A DNA stretch of 64,000 nucleotides from Promethearchaeota archaeon. GTDB lineage: Archaea > Asgardarchaeota > Lokiarchaeia > Sigyniarchaeales > SOKP01. The notes beneath the pieces are model-generated. The model searched no databases, was not told where the DNA came from, and saw only the letters and a program-made list of their open reading frames with translations. The stretch is from NCBI GenBank assembly GCA_048939995.1, contig JBHLOY010000009.1, forward strand, positions 32,001 through 96,000. Reading direction: 5' to 3'. Each line of letters opens with the position of its first letter. Position 1 is the stretch's first letter. The position numbers were made by a program, and so were the translations under genes. Shown piece by piece: positions 48,777 through 58,578 of the stretch.

Positions 48777-49352
48777 TTATTTTTTTAATTTTTTAATTAC
48801 ATAGGCAATATTTTTAGCTAGATTTTTAAAAGTTTCCATCCCTTCTTCGTCATTTAAGACTTCTCCTGGTTTTTTTCCAATAGCCATATTCCAATAAGTA
48901 CTTCCTACCACTATCATTTCTTTAATGAGGAAAAAGAAGTTTATGCTAGAGAAAACATGATTAGCACCAGCTCGTCTGACGGCTACAACAGCTGCACCCA
49001 CTTTATTCTTTAGATTTCTACCGGTAGCATAACCCGCACGTTCTATTAAAGCTTTAGTGCTGGTTGTCATATTAGAAAAATAGGTTGGAGATCCAATTAT
49101 TATTCCATCAGCTTCAAGCATTTTTTGGATATAATCATTCATTTTATCTCCAGGTAAGACACATTTTTGATCATTATTATCAATACATTTTAAACATGCA
49201 GTACATCCTTGTAACTTTTCCATTCCGATCCACACATAATCACATTCTATACCTTCTTCTTCGAGAGTTTCCATAAGAATACTCAAACAATGATAGGTAT
49301 TTCCTTCTTTTCGAGGACTTCCATTAAAAAGTACAACCTTCATGATACTCAA
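48777..49352 (-). CDS. Iron-sulfur flavoprotein (Isf)/flavodoxin family
   Basis: GSPRKEGNT, CTACLKC...C, GSPTYF, RRAGA. Confidence 0.92.
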   Translation of the reverse strand: MSIMKVVLFNGSPRKEGNTYHCLSILMETLEEEGIECDYVWIGMEKLQGCTACLKCIDNNDQKCVLPGDKMNDYIQKMLEADGIIIGSPTYFSNMTTSTKALIERAGYATGRNLKNKVGAAVVAVRRAGANHVFSSINFFFLIKEMIVVGSTYWNMAIGKKPGEVLNDEEGMETFKNLAKNIAYVIKKLKK

Positions 49353-49462
49353 ATTATAATAGTTTGATTAAGTAATAGAATATAATGGAATATATAAAAA
49401 TTAGAATAATAACAATTTTATTCCATCATTTTTATGTTTTCTATAAAGGGAGTTAAAATCAT

Positions 49463-50695
49463 ATGAAACCCGAACTAGTTATTCCAGTGCAAAATTGGGA
49501 TTCTTTAAAGGTCGTTGAAGACTGCGCCGATGCGATTTATTTTGGAGTAAAATCTTATAATATGCGCCAAAAAGCTGAAAATTTTTTACTGGAAGATTTT
49601 AAAGATGTTGTAGAATTCTGCCATGCAAGAGATCATCTTATTAAAGCTTATCTAACGACTAATATCTTAATTTATGATTCTGAATTGCAAGAACTGGAAA
49701 ATATACTAGAGCATGCAAAATTAGCGGGTATTGATGCTATTATTGTTCATGATTTGGCAGCGATAATGTTTGCAAAGAAGTATGATATAAAATTCCATAT
49801 TTCTACACAAGCAAATATATCTAATACGGAGTCTGCTAAATTTTTTGAAGGATTAGGAGCTGATCGCTTAGTTTTAGCTAGAGAACTTTCATTAGAGCAG
49901 ATAAAACTTATAAAACATCATTTAAACAAAGCTAAAATCGAATGTTTTGTGCATGGTTCAATGTGTAGTTCAGTATCTGGCCGTTGTTATTTATCTGCCA
50001 CAATTTGTGACTCAGAAGAATATTCAGCTAATCGAGGCAATTGTGTCCAGCCGTGTAGGCGAGAATGGAGAGTATTTGATGATGAAAACCATGAATTGCT
50101 ATATGATGGTCAAATGTTTTTGAATGCAAAAGATTTATGCATGATTGAATATATCCCTAATCTCATTCAAGCAAAGATTGATGCATTTAAAATAGAAGGA
50201 AGAATGAAAGATCCCCTTTATATTAGCACTGTTTCAAGTTGTTATAGAGAAGCCATAGATAGTTATTTTAACAATAACTTCACGAAACAGAAATTAGATG
50301 ATTGGATGGAAAGAATATCAAAAGTTTATAACCGTGGATTTCATACGGGATTCTACTTTCATAAGCCTACTTTGGAAGATATTCAATTAGCGGAAAGAGG
50401 GAATATATCCCCCTATAGGAAGCATTATTTAGGGAAGATCTTGTCTTTTGATAAAACATCTAAAACGGCAAATGTTTTATTAGAAAGCCTGGAAATACCT
50501 TTACGAACTGGAGATGAAATTATCATTATTGGGGAAAATACATACCAAATTGAAAAAATACGGAAAATGGTGTATAAAGGGGAAAAAATTAAAACTATTG
50601 TGAGAAAACGATATAGTGATCCTGTTAAAATAAATTTAAGAGTCGATAACTGTGAAGAAAATGATAAGATATATATTCTTATAAAAAATGGGTAA
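49463..50695 (+). CDS. Peptidase U32 family Fe-S protein (TrhP/RlhA-like)
   Basis: ADAIYFG, HISTQAN, LAREL, ECFVHGSMC...SGRC...C.QPCR, KIEGR. Confidence 0.9.
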   Translation: MKPELVIPVQNWDSLKVVEDCADAIYFGVKSYNMRQKAENFLLEDFKDVVEFCHARDHLIKAYLTTNILIYDSELQELENILEHAKLAGIDAIIVHDLAAIMFAKKYDIKFHISTQANISNTESAKFFEGLGADRLVLARELSLEQIKLIKHHLNKAKIECFVHGSMCSSVSGRCYLSATICDSEEYSANRGNCVQPCRREWRVFDDENHELLYDGQMFLNAKDLCMIEYIPNLIQAKIDAFKIEGRMKDPLYISTVSSCYREAIDSYFNNNFTKQKLDDWMERISKVYNRGFHTGFYFHKPTLEDIQLAERGNISPYRKHYLGKILSFDKTSKTANVLLESLEIPLRTGDEIIIIGENTYQIEKIRKMVYKGEKIKTIVRKRYSDPVKINLRVDNCEENDKIYILIKNG

Positions 50696-50779
50696 AAGTA
50701 AAATTTATATCATCTATTGAACATAGATTAATTGAATTTTTTAAGAGACTAAATAAGTTTTAGAGACTGAATAATATAA

Positions 50780-51454
50780 ATGGAGTTTGAGGAGAAAAGA
50801 AAAAATTTAGTCGACAGCTTAATAAGTCGTAAAATATTGAAGGACCCAGTTGTTATTCAAGCAATGTTGAAGGTCCCCAGGCATGAATTTTTACCTGAAG
50901 GGGCAATATCTTCTGCTTATATAGATTCTCCACTTTCTATAGGTCTGGGACAAACAATATCAGCCCCTCATATGAACGCAATGATGTGTGAATATCTTGA
51001 GTTAAAAGAGGGAGATAAAGTATTAGAAATAGGAACGGGTTCAGGATATCATGCTGCTTTATGTGCTGAAATTGTTAGTTCGAAGGATTCTGAAAATCCA
51101 GGTCATGTTTATACTATAGAGCGCTTAAAAGACTTAGCTGATAAAGCACGTAAAGCTCTTCATAGAAGTGGATATGGAAACAAGGTAACTGTTATATGGG
51201 GGGATGGTACATTAGGGTATCCTCAAGAAGCCCCCTATGATAAAATTTTAGTGACCGCAGCATCACCAAAGAAAATTCCTCCTCCTTATAAGGAACAATT
51301 AAAAGATGGTGGCATTTTATGTATTCCCGCTGGATCGCGAGAATGGGGACAAAATCTCTATATTATTCGTAGAGAAGGAGATAGTTTTGATTCTGAAAAT
51401 ATCACGGGAGTCAGATTTGTTAGTCTGATTGGAAGATATGGTTGGCCAGAATAA
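50780..51454 (+). CDS. pcm: Protein-L-isoaspartate O-methyltransferase
   Basis: VPRHEF, GQTISAPHM, VLEIGTGSGY, GDG..G...APYD.I.VTAA. Confidence 0.95.
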   Translation: MEFEEKRKNLVDSLISRKILKDPVVIQAMLKVPRHEFLPEGAISSAYIDSPLSIGLGQTISAPHMNAMMCEYLELKEGDKVLEIGTGSGYHAALCAEIVSSKDSENPGHVYTIERLKDLADKARKALHRSGYGNKVTVIWGDGTLGYPQEAPYDKILVTAASPKKIPPPYKEQLKDGGILCIPAGSREWGQNLYIIRREGDSFDSENITGVRFVSLIGRYGWPE

Positions 51455-51754
51455 TGAAATATTCATAATCTGGGCAGATAAGGAAAAAATTTAATTCCGA
51501 GATTTTTTTTTTAGTTTATCCTCTACTAATTTTTTACGGATTCTCTTTATAAATTCATTATTTTCAATATTTTGTTTAGCAGATTTGTTGGTATAATTAA
51601 AGCCATTTCGTTTGCCATTTTTGTAAAAATCCATAAAAATACCATGACAAAAAGATATTTATTAGTTGATAATATGAGTAAAATATATTTAAACGTTGAT
51701 AAATTCGACAAAATCTATCCACAAAAATACAAAAACGTAATAAAAAGAAAGATT

Positions 51755-53932
51755 TTAATATATTTTAAGATCAATATTATAAATAAAATTTTTTGAGAGT
51801 TTAAATCTCGGGATCACATTAATCCCTTGATATATTTTTTTATATCCCTCATCAGTATACACAAATGCAACTATTGGAAACTTAGCGATTCTAACCTTCT
51901 CTAAGTCTGATTTTGAGGTGCTAGAGATTTCAATTTCTAATGTGAGATTATAATTTTCATCATATGATTTAAAATGATAGCCTTCATATTCAAAAGGTTT
52001 TAAAAGTTCATTGTTTTTACCATTTGCAAATAGTACTTGATTACTTTCCCATGAAAATCCCTTAGGGTCTCCATTAAAGAAAAAGGGTATGTCTATCCCC
52101 AACTCTAATTGATCTAAGATTCTTGCCATCATATCTTCCTTCCCAGGCTTCTTTTTTAAACTTCCCATCACGCTCAATTTGAGTGAGTTTTCTTTGACTA
52201 TAAGTTTCTTTGTAATCATACAAGGAAATCGCTCATCTAAAAAGATGTCCTTGACTGAACCACTACCTTTTAATTCTAATATTACTGATTTACCATCTTT
52301 CTCATTCCTTGTGATTTTAAATTCATTATTAACAAAATCTCCGAATTCATAATAATTATCTTTTTCGATTTGTTTCAATGGAACATTCTCATGCAGAAAT
52401 CTTGTTCTAAACATACTTCTTTTAAATCGATCAACCATTACTTCTTCTTTATTAACTTTATTAGTATCATGATATGCTTCAGGCCATCTAGTTAGGGTAT
52501 TCAATATATTATACGATTTAGGTTTAAAATCGAGTTCAAAAATTGTTCCTCCATCAGAAGGGTCTACATAGAGGCTTAAAAGATCGGATTCAATAATTAT
52601 ATCCATTTTACTATCCTTGTTGAAATCCATTGGAAGAATAGAAATGTAATTTTTTGATATTATATTAATTTCTGAATTTACTTCATCAATTACCTTCTCA
52701 GCATTAATTAAATGTGTGTATACTGAAAAACGTAAAAACTGTAAGTAAATCCCTCCAAATAATCCATGCCAATAACTATCATTGCACTGGGCTTTATAAA
52801 TCTCATCCCAAGCTTCATTTATTTTATTTTGATATTTATGTGTTTCAGTTTTCATTAATCTATCCTCAAGTTCTATAAGTTTTTCTCGTACATACAACAT
52901 TTTCTTATGCATATTGTTTGATTCAGGGTATTTTATTAAAAAAAAACGCCAAAAACCCCCCTGTAAAAATAAGTACTCATCTTTCCTTTGAGGATCATTC
53001 CTAATAGCTTCTCTAAGGATTTCAAATCTTTTTCTTATAGGAGTTAATAATACCCACTCCTCCATCTTATCATAACTGGCTGTTGGAAGATATACTAGAT
53101 TTTTTGCAGGTACTTTTTCCATATATTCTGAAGGCGTAATAGATTTTATCCATTCATTATTAATAACTTGTTCTAGAAAAGCTGATATGAACGGTTTGCC
53201 ATTATCTCCTTCCTGATGACCTTTTCCATCCACATAACATATCTCATGCGTTGTACCCCATACACCCATTTTTTCGGCATCAGATATTAATAATGCCATT
53301 CGATTTCCCTTTTCATCTGCCATCTTCTTTAGATATTCAATTGACAAATAAGTAGGTTTCCAAGGCGTTAAATATCTTAACTCCTCATTAATTGGGAAAA
53401 CCCTTAATATCTTTCCTTCATCCTCAGTATTATAGGAATAAAATGTATCAATTTCAGTTATACCAGTTGATCGAAAATGGTTGTCATCCACTATAACATA
53501 TTTTAAGCATACATCACATAAAAAGGAGGGATAATTCGGTTCCCAAACTCTTTCTGATAACCAAGCTCCTTTTACTTCTAAATTAAATTCCTTTTTAATC
53601 AAGGAAGATAACTTTTTCATCTGAGCAATTTTGTCCCTATAGGGAATAATAGCAAAAATAGGTTCGTAATAGCCTCCCCCAATCATCTCGACCTGTCCCC
53701 TATTAGCCATTTGCTTTAACTTTTCAATAATATCTGGTTTATTGATGATAAGCCATTCTAATAAATTCCCTGAAAAATGCAATGCTACCTTTACTTTAGC
53801 ATATTTATAAAGACACTCCAGTAACGGTTTATATGCTTTTTGGTATGCATCTTCAATTACCCAGTTAAAATTGTCAATAGGCTGATGGAAATGAAAGACA
53901 ATAGGAAGGTATATGGTCTTAGCTCTTGGCAT
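51755..53932 (-). CDS. GH57 alpha-amylase/4-alpha-glucanotransferase
   Basis: HFHQP, GGYYEPI, WLSERVW, DAEKMG, AQCNDSYWHGLFGG. Confidence 0.92.
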   Translation of the reverse strand: MPRAKTIYLPIVFHFHQPIDNFNWVIEDAYQKAYKPLLECLYKYAKVKVALHFSGNLLEWLIINKPDIIEKLKQMANRGQVEMIGGGYYEPIFAIIPYRDKIAQMKKLSSLIKKEFNLEVKGAWLSERVWEPNYPSFLCDVCLKYVIVDDNHFRSTGITEIDTFYSYNTEDEGKILRVFPINEELRYLTPWKPTYLSIEYLKKMADEKGNRMALLISDAEKMGVWGTTHEICYVDGKGHQEGDNGKPFISAFLEQVINNEWIKSITPSEYMEKVPAKNLVYLPTASYDKMEEWVLLTPIRKRFEILREAIRNDPQRKDEYLFLQGGFWRFFLIKYPESNNMHKKMLYVREKLIELEDRLMKTETHKYQNKINEAWDEIYKAQCNDSYWHGLFGGIYLQFLRFSVYTHLINAEKVIDEVNSEINIISKNYISILPMDFNKDSKMDIIIESDLLSLYVDPSDGGTIFELDFKPKSYNILNTLTRWPEAYHDTNKVNKEEVMVDRFKRSMFRTRFLHENVPLKQIEKDNYYEFGDFVNNEFKITRNEKDGKSVILELKGSGSVKDIFLDERFPCMITKKLIVKENSLKLSVMGSLKKKPGKEDMMARILDQLELGIDIPFFFNGDPKGFSWESNQVLFANGKNNELLKPFEYEGYHFKSYDENYNLTLEIEISSTSKSDLEKVRIAKFPIVAFVYTDEGYKKIYQGINVIPRFKLSKNFIYNIDLKIY

Positions 53933-54133
53933 ATTTACTTACTCTTTGTTAATTGTTAAAGTAACTTTATAAAAAGGAATTAAAGATTAATAATGAAGTT
54001 ATTTAAAAAGAAATTAAAAGATTTTTAACATACATAAAAGTCGCAATCTTTTTATACAAGTCTCATATAAAATTTATATAATTATTTTGATTTTTTTAAC
54101 AAAAATATTCAAACTTAAAAAGGGTTTAATTCA

Positions 54134-54562
54134 ATGAGTAGTACGAAAGTAAAAGAATCAAGTACAGTTTTAAATATCCTTTTAATCCTTCTTGGACTGG
54201 TTTTCTTATTTAAGGCAGTAATCGAAGTTTTAAATTGGTTTGGGATATTACTCCCCGGTGAGTGGGGTGGATTTGAGGAGTTAGAAATATTTGGGGCTTT
54301 AGGTTTAGTATCTATTGCTTTAGGTGTTTGGTCAATTATCGCAGGAGTTGGAATGTTTAAAGAAGCAAAATGGGCATTGGGAATAGCATTAGTAGTATTA
54401 AGCATTATGGTATTAACTGGGATTGCTCCTATAGTCGGATGGATTCAAGATATATCATCATTTGATTATACTTACTGGCCAAATTATATTACTTTGATCT
54501 CATTCGTTATTGGAATAGTCGGATTTTTCTGGTTGCTTTTCACAAGAAAAAGGTATGTTTAG
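54134..54562 (+). CDS. Hypothetical four-TM membrane protein
   Basis: Four hydrophobic helices, ATG start, U-rich tract downstream. Confidence 0.7.
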   Translation: MSSTKVKESSTVLNILLILLGLVFLFKAVIEVLNWFGILLPGEWGGFEELEIFGALGLVSIALGVWSIIAGVGMFKEAKWALGIALVVLSIMVLTGIAPIVGWIQDISSFDYTYWPNYITLISFVIGIVGFFWLLFTRKRYV

Positions 54563-54702
54563 TTTTATTTAAAAAAAAAATTTAATTTCTTTTTATTTCT
54601 TTTTGGGATTTTAGAATAAAGCCTTTTAACAATAAGGTAAAATTATATAAATAAGATAATTATTAATAATAATTAATATTCATAATCGAATTCCAATGAA
54701 AG

Positions 54703-57700
54703 GTGATTTTTTTGCAGCAAGAATTAGGTGAAAAAACTGAAATCGAGAGTTTTGAATATCCTAAACACTTATACCCGGAGAAGAAAGGGTTAGCTAAAGC
54801 TTTTCAATTAGCTAGGAATTTTGGACATAGTGATTCTATTAATTCAGTCGCTGTTTCTTCTCAAGGGGATCTTATCGTGAGTGGTTCTAATGATAAAACG
54901 TTAAAAGTCTGGGATTTTTCATCAGGAAATCTTTTAAGGACAATTGAAGCACATAGCAAGGAAATTTTAAGTGTTGCTATATCTAAGGATGATAGTTACA
55001 TAATTAGCGGTTCCTCAGATAATTCAATAAAGGTGTGGGGGTTAAGGAGAGGAAATCTGATTCATCATCTTAAGGATCATAAAGATGAGGTAACATGTTT
55101 AGTAGTTAGTCCTGATGGGAAACAATTGATAAGTGGTTCTAAAGATACGACTGTTATAGTATGGGATCTATTAGCAGGGAAATTACTGCATACTTTTGAA
55201 CTTAAAAATCCCATTAAATCTGTTGTTGTGTCCCCAAATGAGAATTTACTAGCTTGTGGAAATGATGAGGGCTTAATATATTTATTGAATTTAAAGAAAA
55301 ATAAACTCGAGAATAAGTTTAGGGAGCATTCAGGTAATGTCAATTCATTAAAGATTTCAGTAGATGGCAATTATATGGTGAGTGGTGCTGATGATAATAG
55401 GATAATAATATGGGATTTATCGAAAAAAAAACCTCTACTGAAACTTGAAGCTCATTCGGGTTCTGTACGAGCGGTGGCTATATCTCCCGATGGAAGTTTA
55501 CTGGTTAGTGGTTCTGAAGATAAAACAATCAGATTTTGGGATTTATCAACAGGTAAACTTACTAGAACCTTAAAAGGTTATACTGATGCTGTAACATCTT
55601 TGGCCTTTTCCCCCAATGGAAAATATATCGTAGCAGGTTCTAGTAATAATGATATCATGGTCTGGGAGTTGGGAGAAGGTACTCTTTTAGGCTCAATTGA
55701 AGCTCATTCATCAGGTATTAATAAAATTAGTATATCACCCAATGGAGAATACATTGCTACAGGATCAGATGATGGTACAGTAAAACTATGGAACATGAAG
55801 ACCCAAAGTCTTATAAAAACCTTTAGTGGTCATAAAAAACCAATTGTTTCATTAGCATTCGCACCTAACGTTCCTTATTATTTAGTTAGCACTTCTTTGG
55901 ATAGAAATGTAATAATTTGGAATATTGTAAATTCAGAAATCATCCAAACCCTAAAAAAAGAATCAGCAGTAGCTCAGGCTGTAGATTTTGCTCTAGAAAA
56001 TAACCGTATAATTTTAGGGTACAGCAATAATTATATAAAGATTTGGGATATTGATAGTCAAAATTTCATATGGGAAAAAAAGGCTCATAAAGGAGGAATC
56101 ACCTCTATAGCTTTTACGCCAAATGGTCGGTACTTTGTTAGTTGTTCAGAAGATAAAACCATAAAGATATGGGATTTTTCTTCAAAAGAAGAAATTAAAT
56201 CTCTTGAGGATCATAAGGGAAAAGTTTTATCAATTGCAATTTCTCCAAATGGAAGAACAATTTATAGTAGTGCAGATGACAAATTGATTAAAGCCCATGA
56301 TTTCTATAGCGGAGAATTAATCGCAAATCTTGAAGGTCATAATGATGCTATAGGGAGTATTTCATGTTCAGCTATGGGAACTTGTTTAGTAAGTGGTTCT
56401 GATGATAATACTGTTAAAGTATGGGACGCTGTAAGATATCAATTGATTCAAACATTTGAGGGTCATTCAAAAGAAGTCACATCTGTGTCGGTTACCCCAA
56501 ATGGAAAAATTCTTATCAGTGGATCTCAAGATGGAGATTTAAAGTTATGGTCGTTAAATTTTGGGGGTGTATTTAAGAATATTAAAGGCCATACTGACAG
56601 TGTGAATTCAATTGCCGTGTCTTCAAACGCAAAATACGCTTTAAGTGGATTGTCAAATCATTCATTAATCTTATGGGATGTTTCTAATGGAGAATCAATC
56701 AAAATTTTTACGGGACATACAGATATTATAAGCTCGATAGTATTTTCTCCAGGTGGAAAATATATGGCTAGTGCTTCATATGATAATACTTTAAAAATTT
56801 GGGAGATAAATAGTGGAGAAGTTCTTTATACACTAAATGGTCATAGTGATGCTGTTACTTCAGTTGCTGCATCAAATGATACAAATTATATTGTTAGTGG
56901 ATCAAAGGATAAAACCATTATAATATGGGAAACGCACTCAGGAAAATTGGTTAAAAGGCTAAAAGGGCATGAAAAAGCTGTTACAACCATTGATATTTCA
57001 CCAAATAGTGAATTCTTTATTAGTGGATCAGAGGATAATTCAATTATTATTTGGGATCTTAAGAAAGGAAAGCAGATTCGTACTCTAGAAGGGCATACCG
57101 GGACAATAACAGCCTTAGCATTTTCACCAAAAGGAGATTATATTGTTAGTGGGTCAAAAGATCAGACTGTAAGAATATGGAAATTTGAAACTGGTGAATT
57201 AGACTACGTATTTGAAAAAATAAATAGTCCAATTACTTCAGTTGCGATATCCACTGATGGTTTATACTTAGCATGTGGAACAGAAGATAATTTTTTAAGG
57301 ATATGGGATTTTGTAGAGAAGTATCAGACAACTTATTATTACTTATCAAGAATAAATTCACTGAGATTTATTCCTAATAGGGAACAGATTATTGCGGGCT
57401 ACGATTCTGGAGATGTGTTAATTTGGGATTTATTATTGGAAGAACAGGAACAATTAATTAAAGAACTTCGAGGAAAACTAAATGATGTTGAAAAATTAAT
57501 TGGTGATAATAAATACACTGATGCGATTGAACAATTGAACTTTATTTTAGAGACAGCTGATTTATTTAACATTGAAGAAATTAGGAATATTGCATTTGAA
57601 AAGCTTAAGAATCTAAGAGATCCCCAAGAAAAGCTCAGAGTGGTTAAAAAGATTTTAGAATTTGAATTTGAAAATCAAAGAGAGATAACTAAAGCTGAGA

Positions 57701-58383
57701 TGGTCAGTCATTTAAATATTGAAATCTCCGATATTGATTTTTATGAACAATTACTAAAAGTCTCTCTTGATTATAGTCAAGCTGAAACTCCAGAATTAGA
57801 ATCTCTTGGTACTAAAATTTTAAAAGAATATATGAATCCTACGCTATATGATTTAGTAGTAAAATTAGAATTTGAGATTGCTAAGGCTAAAAAAATCGGT
57901 AAATTTCTTAAAGATAGAGGATTTATTAAAGAATTTAGAAATTATCCCTTAAGTGATATGGGAAGAATTAATGGTAAAGGTATATCCGTTTTTGTTAGTT
58001 ACGCAACAAAAGACGCACCCCTCTTTAAGATAGAAGAAGTAGCCCATAAACTTAAAGACTATGATGATATCCAAGAGGTGCTCTACTGGCAAGAACATAT
58101 GAAAGACAATATTATCAAATACATGAGTGATAATCTTGGTAAATGTCATGTAGTTTTATTATTTTGTTCCGAAAATGCTTTGAAATCTACTCCGGTTGAG
58201 GAGGAATGGACTGCAGCAGACATGATGAGAAAACCAATAATTCCTATATTTTTAAAACCAGAACACATTCCTCCCTTGCTTAAATCTAGATTGGGATATG
58301 AATTTGATTTAATAGATATGGACCGCAATATAAATCAAATTCATAATTTAATATTTAAAAAATGTCAGAGTCCTGATAAATAA
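54703..58383 (+). CDS. WD40-repeat (21 repeats) protein with C-terminal TIR domain
   Basis: 21 GH...WD-type repeats counted manually; C-terminal VFVSYA...VLLFCSENALKS..VEEEW...PIIPIF...IPPLL. Confidence 0.92.
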   Translation: MIFLQQELGEKTEIESFEYPKHLYPEKKGLAKAFQLARNFGHSDSINSVAVSSQGDLIVSGSNDKTLKVWDFSSGNLLRTIEAHSKEILSVAISKDDSYIISGSSDNSIKVWGLRRGNLIHHLKDHKDEVTCLVVSPDGKQLISGSKDTTVIVWDLLAGKLLHTFELKNPIKSVVVSPNENLLACGNDEGLIYLLNLKKNKLENKFREHSGNVNSLKISVDGNYMVSGADDNRIIIWDLSKKKPLLKLEAHSGSVRAVAISPDGSLLVSGSEDKTIRFWDLSTGKLTRTLKGYTDAVTSLAFSPNGKYIVAGSSNNDIMVWELGEGTLLGSIEAHSSGINKISISPNGEYIATGSDDGTVKLWNMKTQSLIKTFSGHKKPIVSLAFAPNVPYYLVSTSLDRNVIIWNIVNSEIIQTLKKESAVAQAVDFALENNRIILGYSNNYIKIWDIDSQNFIWEKKAHKGGITSIAFTPNGRYFVSCSEDKTIKIWDFSSKEEIKSLEDHKGKVLSIAISPNGRTIYSSADDKLIKAHDFYSGELIANLEGHNDAIGSISCSAMGTCLVSGSDDNTVKVWDAVRYQLIQTFEGHSKEVTSVSVTPNGKILISGSQDGDLKLWSLNFGGVFKNIKGHTDSVNSIAVSSNAKYALSGLSNHSLILWDVSNGESIKIFTGHTDIISSIVFSPGGKYMASASYDNTLKIWEINSGEVLYTLNGHSDAVTSVAASNDTNYIVSGSKDKTIIIWETHSGKLVKRLKGHEKAVTTIDISPNSEFFISGSEDNSIIIWDLKKGKQIRTLEGHTGTITALAFSPKGDYIVSGSKDQTVRIWKFETGELDYVFEKINSPITSVAISTDGLYLACGTEDNFLRIWDFVEKYQTTYYYLSRINSLRFIPNREQIIAGYDSGDVLIWDLLLEEQEQLIKELRGKLNDVEKLIGDNKYTDAIEQLNFILETADLFNIEEIRNIAFEKLKNLRDPQEKLRVVKKILEFEFENQREITKAEMVSHLNIEISDIDFYEQLLKVSLDYSQAETPELESLGTKILKEYMNPTLYDLVVKLEFEIAKAKKIGKFLKDRGFIKEFRNYPLSDMGRINGKGISVFVSYATKDAPLFKIEEVAHKLKDYDDIQEVLYWQEHMKDNIIKYMSDNLGKCHVVLLFCSENALKSTPVEEEWTAADMMRKPIIPIFLKPEHIPPLLKSRLGYEFDLIDMDRNINQIHNLIFKKCQSPDK

Positions 58384-58578
58384 TTTTAATTTATCGACTA
58401 CTGATATAATTATTTTTTTCTTTATCAATATGAATGATTTATATCAAAAGTTTTTTAAAAAGTTAAATAACACTTAATTTCAAATAATTTCTTCAAGATA
58501 CAATATTCAACATTATTCTTAATAAAGAATTGTACCTTTAGAGATCTGTACAATTAATTTGTTTAAAATTGAGTTATT

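Noticed and set aside
54817-57430. WD40 array as a hypervariable or concertedly evolving DNA repeat, or a DGR target
   Set aside because: The repeats are strongly diverged from one another, and no reverse transcriptase or template repeat is visible.
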